Shown here: positions 8,597 through 18,103 of the stretch, in pieces
Layout of the letters: the number at the start of each line of letters is the position of its first letter
Numbering within the stretch: the first letter of the stretch is position 1
Assembly: GCF_947501425.1 (NCBI RefSeq)
Contig: NZ_CANMVN010000007.1
Location: forward strand, 98,197-162,196
Direction: 5' to 3'
Length of the DNA stretch: 64,000 nucleotides
Source of the DNA: an uncultured Psychroserpens sp.
Lineage (GTDB): Bacteria; Bacteroidota; Bacteroidia; Flavobacteriales; Flavobacteriaceae
Translations under genes and position numbers: made by a program
The notes under the pieces: model-generated
Database searches by the model: none
Told to the model about the DNA's origin: nothing
What the model saw: only the letters and a program-made list of their open reading frames with translations

Positions 8597-10489
8597 TTAA
8601 TTATTAAGATTGTAAGCATAGATAGTTCTATCATTTGCCTTGTAATACAAATAGCCTCCAAACTCATCAACTTGATAATCAGGTTTTTTATCTTTTAATA
8701 TGATCTCTTTTTCTTTTGAACCGCTATCCTTATTTAGCTTAACTAAACCAACGCCATCGTCTAATTTTGTTAATACAAATTGAGAATTTTGAGTAGCAGC
8801 AGTGGCTTTAAAACGTTTAAGCATCTCTGCTACCGAAGCTCCAGTTGCAGCAGCCATTCCATTTCCTAAATTAGCATATCGTTGACCAGTGGTTGTATAA
8901 TTACCTAACATATTTCTATTTTGATTTGCCACTTGATAAGCACTTGAAGCGACTGCAGCTGTGGCTACAGCTGTTACTCCAGCCAAAATAGCTCCAAAAG
9001 CACTTTTACCTGGTGCTCTGTAGTATTCGTGCCATTGGGTTTCACCATCCCAATCTAGCATCATCATATTTTGTGATGATGTTAAAAGAATCCCATTATC
9101 TCTAACTTCAACAGATGTTGGATCCTCTTTTCCATCAAAATCCAATTCAGCTAAAAGTTTATAGTCTCCAGAATCTGCATTGATTGCAAATAATTTATCA
9201 TCAGCACTAATTAAAAAATTATTGTGGGTTTTATCTAAATCTGAACTTACAACATCAGCTCTTTTAAACTTTAAAGGCTTTTTCCATACTTGATCACCTG
9301 TCTTGAGATTAACTATATTAGCATCTTCAGAAGTGATATAAATTAAGCCCTGAGATGTTTGAGCCATAGTTAAAATATTTTCTCCTGTCTTTAAGGGCTT
9401 CTTAAATAGTGTTTGACCATCGTAAGAAATTTTATTTATACCACCTTCTTTTATTCCGAAGAGAATACCATCATCCATGATATAAAAGTGTTGGACATAA
9501 CCTTTCGTTTTTGGCGCCTTTTCCCAAAGATCTTCTCCAGTGCTGGCACTAAACATCGTTATTTTTGATTCAGCTCTACTTGCTGCCAATTTAGCTAAAC
9601 CTTTCTTCCCTGAATCTGCAACATCACTAACTACTGCCAATCCTTGAGGTAAAATTTGAAAGTTAGATACACTTCCTTTCACTTTTCTTTCTTCAGACCA
9701 AGCTTCGCTCCCATTAGAATTTAGTTTATATATTCTGGTATTTTTCCCATTAGCCGTTGCTGCAAAGGCATATATATCTTTTTCAGATGCATCACTTGTC
9801 ATCCAATTCACATTTTTGATTTTATTCTCCCAAAGTGTTTCACCCGACTTAGATTTTGCTATTACTCCCTGACTAGTAGGTATGAGTAATTTATCGTTTA
9901 ACAATAGTGGTCGTCCTGTAACAGCAAAATACTTCATTGATACTTTACCAGGTTTTATCAGAAAAAAAGCGTAATCTTCATTGCCTGTAACTAAATCATA
10001 AACAGCTACTTTAGGCGTAACGCTTTCCGCTTTTCCACCTCCTTTTTGAAAACCACTTACAATAAGTTTGTTTTCTGGCATTATAATATTGCATGTCATT
10101 ACGTTTTTCCAACCTTTAGATTCTGTTGTAAACAGTATCTTTCCAGACATGTAGTCTATAACCGCCTTTTTTGAAGAAAGATTTGCAAATCCAGTTTGCC
10201 CCACCATAACGTAAGGTGCTTGTGGTATAAACGTAAGCTCTTCTGGCTTAACTCTGCCATAATCTGTAAAATTAAATAGTAATCCATCTTGACCTGGTTT
10301 AATTCCAACTAAACCGTCATTTGTTGCAACCACAACAGTTCCTCCTTCTGTGATGGTCATCTCATTTATCTTTGCTCCCAAATCATAACTCTGATCTGGA
10401 GTCTCTGCTTTTTGAGCATATAATGAGGTTACGCCAAAAATAAGCGCAACCGTCACTAAGCTCTTCATTTGAATTAATAGCGTTTTCAT
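8597..10489 (-). CDS. Secreted PQQ-like beta-propeller repeat protein
   Basis: Signal peptide; repeated blade motifs (SGETLWE, TGEDLWE, TGDQVWK, GETQWH). Confidence 0.7.
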   Translation of the reverse strand: MKTLLIQMKSLVTVALIFGVTSLYAQKAETPDQSYDLGAKINEMTITEGGTVVVATNDGLVGIKPGQDGLLFNFTDYGRVKPEELTFIPQAPYVMVGQTGFANLSSKKAVIDYMSGKILFTTESKGWKNVMTCNIIMPENKLIVSGFQKGGGKAESVTPKVAVYDLVTGNEDYAFFLIKPGKVSMKYFAVTGRPLLLNDKLLIPTSQGVIAKSKSGETLWENKIKNVNWMTSDASEKDIYAFAATANGKNTRIYKLNSNGSEAWSEERKVKGSVSNFQILPQGLAVVSDVADSGKKGLAKLAASRAESKITMFSASTGEDLWEKAPKTKGYVQHFYIMDDGILFGIKEGGINKISYDGQTLFKKPLKTGENILTMAQTSQGLIYITSEDANIVNLKTGDQVWKKPLKFKRADVVSSDLDKTHNNFLISADDKLFAINADSGDYKLLAELDFDGKEDPTSVEVRDNGILLTSSQNMMMLDWDGETQWHEYYRAPGKSAFGAILAGVTAVATAAVASSAYQVANQNRNMLGNYTTTGQRYANLGNGMAAATGASVAEMLKRFKATAATQNSQFVLTKLDDGVGLVKLNKDSGSKEKEIILKDKKPDYQVDEFGGYLYYKANDRTIYAYNLNN

Positions 10490-10503
10490 ACTAACTGTAA
10501 TGT

Positions 10504-11037
10504 TTAGTTTACTTGTTTATTCAAGTTAAATGAACCCTCTGTGATTGTTTTTACAGATTGGTCACCATTTACATTTTTACATGTAAACTCAAAGGTTCCT
10601 ATTACTTTAGTGTCGGTTTCTTCAGACACTCTAAATTCACCCACCATAGTATCATCATATGGCGCTTGCCAGATTTCTGTTGTAGAGTTTTGCGGATTAT
10701 TTAAATCGACATCTGTTTCTGTATAAGACCCAGAGTTAAAAATATTCGCACCTCCACCTAAAGGGTAAGTTCCTACACCATCATAACCCAATATGGTAAA
10801 TGCAAAGGCATTACCATCACTATTAGAAGCAATTATGATTAAGTTTTGACCTCCATTTGCTACTGTAGCCGATGATGATATTTCTAAAGATTGAAATGAA
10901 GTTCCATCTACTTTAGCAGCTAATACGCCTGAACCAGCACTACCTGGAGCACCTCCATCGTCATCGCTTGAACATGATGTGAATGTTACTAATGAAACTG
11001 TCATTACAAGTAACATGAATTGTCTTAAATTTCTCAT
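10504..11037 (-). CDS. Surface lipoprotein (DUF6252-like)
   Basis: FTS-C lipobox followed by SSDDD; AKVDG..F, GTFEF and ITEGSF motifs. Confidence 0.65.
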   Translation of the reverse strand: MRNLRQFMLLVMTVSLVTFTSCSSDDDGGAPGSAGSGVLAAKVDGTSFQSLEISSSATVANGGQNLIIIASNSDGNAFAFTILGYDGVGTYPLGGGANIFNSGSYTETDVDLNNPQNSTTEIWQAPYDDTMVGEFRVSEETDTKVIGTFEFTCKNVNGDQSVKTITEGSFNLNKQVN

Positions 11038-11117
11038 TGTTGATTAATTTTGTGGTTAATAATGAGACAAAGTTGCGTTTTAAGACAGGGCAAGACAATA
11101 CGGCAAATGTCGTATTT

Positions 11118-12068
11118 TTAAAATGTAATGTGAGAAACCCTTGATTTTAAAAGGGTTTTCTTCGTTTCTAATTGTTGAAGAAAAGTAAGATGCGCATCAG
11201 ATTCTGGATTAAAAGGTCTATGTGTTAACCCTTTTTGAATCTCCTCGACGTCTTTCATTGTGGTTTGAGCATCCGATGACATCCAAACCTGTTGAAAGCG
11301 CTCCCAAATATATTGAACTGCAATAGGATTAGGATGGATCATATCAGGATTATAAAATCTATAATCGCGTAACTCATCCATCATAATTTCATAAGACGGA
11401 AAATAGTAACACTGATGTCTCGGGTCTACAATGTGATGAATTGCAGTTATCAAATGAGATTTACTCTGCGTATTTTCAATAAAACCGTCTTTAATATGTC
11501 TTACTGGAGATACGGTGAATATAAAAGACACTTCAGGATTAATACCCCTAATCAAACTTATAATAGCATCGAGAGACGCTCGTATTTGTTCAACAGATAA
11601 TAATTCTTTTAAAAATTGTTTCTGCAGAACTTTATGACAATTTGCTACAATTGTATCTGTATCTATGAAACGATAAGCCCAAGCCGTTCCTAAAGTAATA
11701 ATGACATGCGTGGTCTCTTTTAAAAATTGATGCGTAGTCTTGATTTGAGCATTTAGATCATTTAGGAGTTGATCTTCGCTACTATGACTCCGTTTGGAGT
11801 GTGCATCAAAACAATGCCATTGTTCATTATGAAAGAAAATGTCATTTTTTGTGTATACTTTTTCATTGATGGCATTGGTAATTAATCGCTCAATAGCCAA
11901 AGGATGAAACAAAATTCCAAAGGGGTTTTGTAGCTTCTGAAACTTGAAGTATTCAAACTTTTCGCCAATGTTTTCAGCAAAGCAAGAACCCAACAATACG
12001 AGTTTAGAATGATAATCAATTTGATCATACTGTTGTTGAGGAAGGGGTATGTTGGTTTGAAGATTCAT
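11118..12068 (-). CDS. GSCFA domain protein
   Basis: LLGSCFAENIG, ITLGTAW, TVSPVRH, YFPSYEI, DMIHP. Confidence 0.9.
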   Translation of the reverse strand: MNLQTNIPLPQQQYDQIDYHSKLVLLGSCFAENIGEKFEYFKFQKLQNPFGILFHPLAIERLITNAINEKVYTKNDIFFHNEQWHCFDAHSKRSHSSEDQLLNDLNAQIKTTHQFLKETTHVIITLGTAWAYRFIDTDTIVANCHKVLQKQFLKELLSVEQIRASLDAIISLIRGINPEVSFIFTVSPVRHIKDGFIENTQSKSHLITAIHHIVDPRHQCYYFPSYEIMMDELRDYRFYNPDMIHPNPIAVQYIWERFQQVWMSSDAQTTMKDVEEIQKGLTHRPFNPESDAHLTFLQQLETKKTLLKSRVSHITF

Positions 12069-12088
12069 CCTATTTGCTTATCGATACC

Positions 12089-12115
12089 CACACTTCGACT
12101 GCGCTCAGTGTGACA
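12089..12115. repeat. REP-like imperfect palindromic intergenic element
   Basis: Minus strand reads TGTCACACTGAGCGCAGTCGAAGTGTG: a CACACT/AGTGTG stem with a GA bulge. GC-rich island in an AT-rich spacer; single copy in this window. Confidence 0.55.
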
Positions 12116-12129
12116 ATGTGAGACACAAT

Positions 12130-14745
12130 TTATTTTAAATAATTTTTAGCAGCCATTAAAGCCGTTTCAATACCTTGCGGATGTTTACCTCCTGCTGTCG
12201 CAAAGAAAGGTTGTCCGCCACCTCCTCCTTGGATGTGTTTACCAAGTTCTCTTACAATAGTTCCTGCATTAAGATCTTTATTCGCTACAATTTCTTTTGA
12301 AATGTAACAAGACAAGATTGCTTTACCATTATTTTCTGCTCCAAATAGCAGAAATAAATCATCAAACTGGCTTCCTAATTCAAAACATAAATCTTTAATA
12401 CCACCAGCGTCTAAATCTAATTTCTTAGCTAAAAATTGAACACCATTAATAGTAGTGAGTTCACTTTTTAAATCGCCTTTAATAGATTTGGCTTTTTCTT
12501 TTAATAAACTCTCAATTTGTTTCTTAAGATTCGTGTTTTCCTGCTGTAGATTTTGTAATGCTTTGACAGGTTCTTTAGAATTATTGAGCAGATCTTTCAT
12601 TTCAAAGTATGCTCTGTTATTATCGTAATAGAATTCTTTTACAGCATCACTAGTAATAGCTTCAATACGTCTAACACCAGCTGCAACTGCGCCTTCAGAT
12701 ACAATTTTAAAGTGCCATATATCTCCTGTGTTTTGAACATGTGTACCACCACACAACTCAATGGATTGCCCAAAACGTACCGCACGAACCGTATCACCAT
12801 ACTTTTCGCCAAAAAGCGCCATAGCACCTTCATCGATAGCTTGTTGCATTGGAATATTACGTTTCTCCTGTAGTGGCAATTTTCCATCAATACGTCTGTT
12901 GACAAAATTCTCAACCTCACGTAATTCTTCAACAGTTAACTTTGAAAAATGTGAAAAATCAAATCGTAAATACTTAGAGTGCACTGCAGATCCTTTTTGC
13001 TCAACATGTGTTCCTAAAACCTCACGAAGCGCTTGATGTAGTAAATGGGTTGCTGTGTGATTACATTCTGTTCTGTATCGTTGTTTAGCGTCAACTGAGG
13101 CTTTAAATGTTCCATTGACATCCTTTGGAAGGTTTTTAGCAAAATGAACCGATACATTATTTTCTCTTTTAGTGTCAATAATATACACCACATCACCGTG
13201 AGCATCTTCTAAGTATCCCTTATCACCAACTTGCCCGCCTCCTTCGGCATAAAATGGTGTGATATTAAATACCAACTGATAAAGCTCACCATCCTTCTTT
13301 GAGGTTACTTTTCTATACTTTGCAATTTTAACCTGAGCTTCCAAAGCATCATATCCTATAAACTCTTGTTCTTCATCCTCAATTAAAACCGTCCAGTCGT
13401 CAAATTTAACAGCTGTAGCTTTTCTACCATCTCCTTTTCTATTGTCTAGATGTTTTTTAAATTCGGTTTTGTTGTATTGATACCCTTTTTCTCTGAGTAT
13501 TAATTCGGTTAAATCTTCAGGAAAACCATAAGTGTCTTTAAGTTCAAATACTTTTGCTCCTGAAATTTCTTTACTTTTTGAATTTTCAATAATACGATCT
13601 AAAAGCACCAAACCTTGATCTAAGGTTCTTAAGAATGAACTTTCCTCTTCCTTGATCACATTCTCAATCAATTGACGTTGTGCTTTTAACTCTGGAAAGG
13701 CTTTTCCCATTTGTTTAACGAGCACCTCAACCAATCTGTAAATAAAGGGTTCTTTTTTATCTAAAAATGTAAATCCGTAGCGAACGGCACGACGTAAAAT
13801 TCGTCTTATAACATAACCAGCTCCTGTATTACTCGGAAGTTGACCATCGGCTATAGAAAAAGCAACAGCACGAACATGATCAGCAATCACACGAATAGCG
13901 ACATCTATCTTTTCATCTGTTCCGTAATCTTTATCTGTTATGGTCTCAATCTCACGAATAATTGGTGTAAAGACATCGGTATCATAATTAGACTGAACAC
14001 CTTGCAATACCATACAAAGACGCTCAAACCCCATACCAGTATCGATATGCTTGTCAGGAAGATTCTCCAGAGTTCCATTAGCTTTTCTATTGTATTGCAT
14101 GAATACCAAGTTCCAGATCTCAACCACTTGTGGATGATCCATATTGACTAAAGATTTTCCGTCAACTTTTGCTTTTTCCTCATCAGAACGTATATCAACA
14201 TGGATCTCACTACATGGTCCGCAAGGACCTTGATCTCCCATTTCCCAGAAGTTATCACTCTTGTTTCCCATAAGAATGCGATCTTCAGGAATAAAAGCTT
14301 TCCAGAAATCATAAGCCTCCTGATCCATAGACAGGTTATCCTTATCATCACTACCTTCAAAAACAGTAATGTAAAGAATATCCTTATCGATACCAAACTT
14401 TTCAGTTAACAACTCCCAAGCCCAGGCAATAGCTTCCTTTTTGAAATAATCTCCAAAACTCCAATTTCCAAGCATTTCAAAAAGCGTGTGATGATACGTA
14501 TCATAACCTACTTCTTCAAGATCATTATGTTTACCAGACACACGAAGACATTTTTGAGTATCTGCAATACGATTGTTCTTTGGCTGAGCATTTCCGAGGA
14601 AAAACTCTTTAAAAGGTGCCATACCAGAATTGACAAACATTAAGGTTGGATCATCTTTTAAAACCATTGGTGCAGAGGGCACAATGCTGTGTTTTTTTTC
14701 TTCAAAGAAGTTTAAAAAAGTTTTTCGAATGTCTTGAGACTTCAT
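12130..14745 (-). CDS. alaS: Alanine--tRNA ligase
   Basis: [49 protein letters not shown]1 tail. Confidence 0.98.
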   Translation of the reverse strand: MKSQDIRKTFLNFFEEKKHSIVPSAPMVLKDDPTLMFVNSGMAPFKEFFLGNAQPKNNRIADTQKCLRVSGKHNDLEEVGYDTYHHTLFEMLGNWSFGDYFKKEAIAWAWELLTEKFGIDKDILYITVFEGSDDKDNLSMDQEAYDFWKAFIPEDRILMGNKSDNFWEMGDQGPCGPCSEIHVDIRSDEEKAKVDGKSLVNMDHPQVVEIWNLVFMQYNRKANGTLENLPDKHIDTGMGFERLCMVLQGVQSNYDTDVFTPIIREIETITDKDYGTDEKIDVAIRVIADHVRAVAFSIADGQLPSNTGAGYVIRRILRRAVRYGFTFLDKKEPFIYRLVEVLVKQMGKAFPELKAQRQLIENVIKEEESSFLRTLDQGLVLLDRIIENSKSKEISGAKVFELKDTYGFPEDLTELILREKGYQYNKTEFKKHLDNRKGDGRKATAVKFDDWTVLIEDEEQEFIGYDALEAQVKIAKYRKVTSKKDGELYQLVFNITPFYAEGGGQVGDKGYLEDAHGDVVYIIDTKRENNVSVHFAKNLPKDVNGTFKASVDAKQRYRTECNHTATHLLHQALREVLGTHVEQKGSAVHSKYLRFDFSHFSKLTVEELREVENFVNRRIDGKLPLQEKRNIPMQQAIDEGAMALFGEKYGDTVRAVRFGQSIELCGGTHVQNTGDIWHFKIVSEGAVAAGVRRIEAITSDAVKEFYYDNNRAYFEMKDLLNNSKEPVKALQNLQQENTNLKKQIESLLKEKAKSIKGDLKSELTTINGVQFLAKKLDLDAGGIKDLCFELGSQFDDLFLLFGAENNGKAILSCYISKEIVANKDLNAGTIVRELGKHIQGGGGGQPFFATAGGKHPQGIETALMAAKNYLK

Positions 14746-14801
14746 AATCAGTTGTTAAAAACCTTGTTTCTATTTAATTCCTTTAAATAAGAAACAATTT
14801 A

Positions 14802-14838
14802 TATATTTGTGTTACGTTCTATTATTCTTGCAAAAATA
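14802..14838. promoter_or_regulatory. Divergent -7 elements: TATATTTG (+, 14802-14809, M23 operon) and TATTTTTG (-, 14831-14838, alaS)
   Basis: Two face-to-face TAnnTTTG matches in the alaS/M23 intergenic region. Confidence 0.5.
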
Positions 14839-14852
14839 GAACTTTTTAAGAT

Positions 14853-15824
14853 ATGTCTAAAGTAAAATATTATTACGATCCAGAAACACTTTCTTACCGC
14901 AAAATAGAGCGAAAGAAAGGCAACACCATTAAGTTTGGAATGGTATTTTTATTAGCATCGGCACTATTTGGTTTTTTGTTCGTCTTTATTGCCAGTCAGT
15001 ATATTGAATCTCCTCGAGAACGCGCTTTAAAACATGAGCTTACCAATTTACAGTTACAATACGACTTATTGAACAAGCGTGTTGACAATGCATTTGCAGC
15101 TTTAGAAAGTGTTGAAGAACGCGATAATTCAATTTACAGACTATATTTTGAGGCTAATCCAATTCCTGAAGAGCAACGACGTGCTGGTTTTGGAGGTGTA
15201 AACCGTTACCAAAAATATGAAGGATTTGACAATTCTAAATTGATTATTGAATCGAATAAACGCATTGATCAATTACAAAAAGCCATTGTGGTACAATCAA
15301 GGTCTTTAGATGAAATAGCTGTTTTAGCAGAAGATAAAGAGAAGTTTTTATCCTCAATTCCTGCAATTCAACCTGTAAGAAACAAAGATCTCAAACATAT
15401 GGCATCTGGCTATGGTTATCGAACCGATCCATTTACTAAAGTTAGAAAGTTTCATTTTGGTATGGACTTCACTGCACCACGAGGCACACCTGTTTATGCT
15501 TCTGGAGATGGCGTTGTAAAGCGTGCAGATAGCAATTCGTCTGGTTATGGAAAACACATCAGAATAGATCATGGCTATGGTTATGTCTCATTATATGCGC
15601 ATTTGTACAAATACAATGTAAAAGCCAATCAGAAGGTAAAACGTGGTGATCTCATTGGTTATGTTGGCAGTACAGGACGCTCTGAAGCTCCACATTTGCA
15701 TTACGAAGTATTTAAGGATGGTGATCGTATTAATCCTATAAATTTTTACTACGGAAATTTGACTGCTGAAGAATATGCTCGATTATTAGAAAAAGCATCA
15801 TTAGAAAATCAATCTTTAGACTAA
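14853..15824 (+). CDS. M23 family metallopeptidase
   Basis: TM helix, coiled coil, HFGMD, HGYGY.SLYAHL, GRSEAPHLHYEV. Confidence 0.93.
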   Translation: MSKVKYYYDPETLSYRKIERKKGNTIKFGMVFLLASALFGFLFVFIASQYIESPRERALKHELTNLQLQYDLLNKRVDNAFAALESVEERDNSIYRLYFEANPIPEEQRRAGFGGVNRYQKYEGFDNSKLIIESNKRIDQLQKAIVVQSRSLDEIAVLAEDKEKFLSSIPAIQPVRNKDLKHMASGYGYRTDPFTKVRKFHFGMDFTAPRGTPVYASGDGVVKRADSNSSGYGKHIRIDHGYGYVSLYAHLYKYNVKANQKVKRGDLIGYVGSTGRSEAPHLHYEVFKDGDRINPINFYYGNLTAEEYARLLEKASLENQSLD

Positions 15825-15828
15825 GACT

Positions 15829-16158
15829 ATGCACATTGACCTTCCCGAAAAACGCTATTATGGTATTGGCGAAGTCGCTAAAGCTTTTAATGTTAACACT
15901 TCATTGATTCGCTTTTGGGAAAAAGAATTTGATATCCTCAAACCCAAAAAAAACGCAAAAGGTAATCGTAAGTTTACACCAGAAGACATTAAGAACCTTA
16001 AGTTTATCTATCATCTGGTTAAAGAACGTGGTTTTACTTTAGAAGGTGCAAAAACACATCTTAAAGAAGGGAAAAAACAATCACTTGATACATTTCAGAT
16101 CATTGAAAAACTGGAAGGTATCAAAGCACAACTTATCAAAATTAAAACACAACTTTAA
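15829..16158 (+). CDS. MerR family transcriptional regulator
   Basis: YGIGEVAKAFNVNTSLIRFWEKEF HTH; GNRKF. Confidence 0.9.
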   Translation: MHIDLPEKRYYGIGEVAKAFNVNTSLIRFWEKEFDILKPKKNAKGNRKFTPEDIKNLKFIYHLVKERGFTLEGAKTHLKEGKKQSLDTFQIIEKLEGIKAQLIKIKTQL

Positions 16159-16170
16159 AACTATATCATC

Positions 16171-16770
16171 ATGAAAAAGTGGCTACCATGGATTATTATC
16201 GTAATAATCGCATTTGGATTATATTCAAAAGGTTCTGGATTTTATAATAATGTAATAGCTGAAGAAGAAAATATTGGGGAACAATGGTCTAAAGTAGAAA
16301 GTGCCTATCAATTGAGAAGTGACTTGATCCCAAATTTAATGAAGATTGCTGAACGTTATGCAGAATATGAACAAGAGACCTTTAAAAGCGTAACCGAAGC
16401 AAGATCAAAAGCAACTAGTATTCAAATAGACCCCTCAAATATTACACCAGAACAATTGGAACAATTTAAGCAAGCACAAAGTTCTATGACCTCTGCTTTA
16501 TCTAGGTTATTAGCTGTTTTTGAGAGGTATCCAGATTTAAAAGCTAATGAAAATTATAAAGAAGTCATGAACTCTTATGACCGAGTTGAAAAACGTATTA
16601 AAGTTGAACGTGATCGCTTTAATGAGGCCATAACTCCCTACAATAATCTGGTAAGAAAGTTTCCAAACAACTTATTTGCTTCCGTATTTGGTTTTGAAAA
16701 GAAAGTACGATTTGAAGGTGATGATGGTATAGAAGTTGCTCCAGATATTAATGATAGCATTAGAGAATAG
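16171..16770 (+). CDS. lemA: LemA family protein
   Basis: QWSKVESAYQLRSDLIPNL, ERYPDLKANEN, RFNEA..YN..VRKFPNNLFA. Confidence 0.9.
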   Translation: MKKWLPWIIIVIIAFGLYSKGSGFYNNVIAEEENIGEQWSKVESAYQLRSDLIPNLMKIAERYAEYEQETFKSVTEARSKATSIQIDPSNITPEQLEQFKQAQSSMTSALSRLLAVFERYPDLKANENYKEVMNSYDRVEKRIKVERDRFNEAITPYNNLVRKFPNNLFASVFGFEKKVRFEGDDGIEVAPDINDSIRE

Positions 16771-16775
16771 CAATC

Positions 16776-17213
16776 ATGCCTAATATTGAAGATTTTCTAT
16801 CACCACAAGAAGAACAAGACATCATAGATGCCATAAGAGAGGCTGAAAAAAACACCTCAGGTGAAATACGTATTCACATAGAACATGATGCTGAACTTGA
16901 TCCAGTTGATCGTGCCATAGAAGTCTTCCACTATCTTAAAATGGATAACACCAAACTTCAAAATGGTGTCCTTATTTATGTAGCTGTTGATGCGAAAACA
17001 TTTGTGATTTATGGTGACAAAGGCATCAATGATGTGGTGCCATCAGATTTTTGGAATAGTACCAAAGACATCATGCAGTCACATTTCAAAATCAATCAAT
17101 TTAAACAGGGGCTTATTCAGGGCGTATTAAAAGCTGGTGAGCAATTAGAAAAACATTTTCCTTGGGATCATAGCGATCTCAACGAACTCTCTAATAAAAT
17201 CTCTAAAGGATAA
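16776..17213 (+). CDS. TPM domain protein
   Basis: AEKNTSGEIRIH, NGVLIY, GDKGIN, D.NELSN. Confidence 0.85.
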   Translation: MPNIEDFLSPQEEQDIIDAIREAEKNTSGEIRIHIEHDAELDPVDRAIEVFHYLKMDNTKLQNGVLIYVAVDAKTFVIYGDKGINDVVPSDFWNSTKDIMQSHFKINQFKQGLIQGVLKAGEQLEKHFPWDHSDLNELSNKISKG

Positions 17214-18056
17214 ATGTTGAAGTTTAAGCACATATTGTTAATTGTTTTTATCAGTTTTTTTAGTGGTTTAACATCTACTATTCAGGCGCAGTATAACATT
17301 CCTCCTAAACCAAATAAATTAAAAGATCAAAAAAGTGTTTATGACTATATTGGATTACTATCAAAAAATGATAGTTTAAGTCTAGAGCGCAAACTCATTA
17401 GATACTCTGACACAACTTCAACTCAAATTGTTGTTGCTATAGTTAGTACACTCAATAATGATGATATCACTTTAGTTGGTGCTGAATGGGGGCAAAAATG
17501 GGGTATTGGTCAAGCTAATGAAGATAATGGCATACTTATTTTACTCGCTAAAGATGATAGAGAAATAGATATAAATACGGGGTACGGAATTGAATACCGT
17601 TTGAGTGATATTGATGCTGAACGAATTATCAATAGAATAATCATACCTGAATTTAAGAATGGTAATTTTTATGGTGGTCTCGACAAAGGAACAGATGCTA
17701 TGTTTCAAATACTCAATGGTGAATTTGAAGGTACAAGCGATCAGTACTCGACCAGATTTCCATTTGAAATCTTCATTTTTTTGATTCTATTTTTCATCAT
17801 ATTCTTTATTGCTTTAACAAAAAATCGAAAAGATGGCGGCAATAATAGACGTGGTGGTGGCCGTACTAATGGTACCAGCCTTCTAGATGCAATTATCCTC
17901 AGTAATATGGGTCGTGGAAGCTACGGAGGAGGAAGCTCAACTGGCGGTATCTTCGGTAGCGGAAGTTCTTCTGGTGGTAGCTTTGGCGGCGGCGGATTTA
18001 GTGGCGGCTTCGGTGGTGGCGGATTTGGTGGTGGTGGCGCCTCAGGCAGTTGGTAA
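17214..18056 (+). CDS. TPM domain protein with TM helix and Gly-rich C-terminal tail
   Basis: TSTQIVV, WGIGQ..DNGILILLA..DRE..INTGYG.E, ending GGFSGGFGGGGFGGGGASGSW. Confidence 0.88.
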   Translation: MLKFKHILLIVFISFFSGLTSTIQAQYNIPPKPNKLKDQKSVYDYIGLLSKNDSLSLERKLIRYSDTTSTQIVVAIVSTLNNDDITLVGAEWGQKWGIGQANEDNGILILLAKDDREIDINTGYGIEYRLSDIDAERIINRIIIPEFKNGNFYGGLDKGTDAMFQILNGEFEGTSDQYSTRFPFEIFIFLILFFIIFFIALTKNRKDGGNNRRGGGRTNGTSLLDAIILSNMGRGSYGGGSSTGGIFGSGSSSGGSFGGGGFSGGFGGGGFGGGGASGSW

Positions 18057-18103
18057 TCCTAAGTCAAAGATTACCATGAAGACTAATCTCTAAATTGAAC
18101 CAA

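Noticed and set aside
17890-18050. GGTGGC-rich low-complexity DNA
   Set aside because: Explained by the Gly-rich tail usual for TPM-domain proteins.
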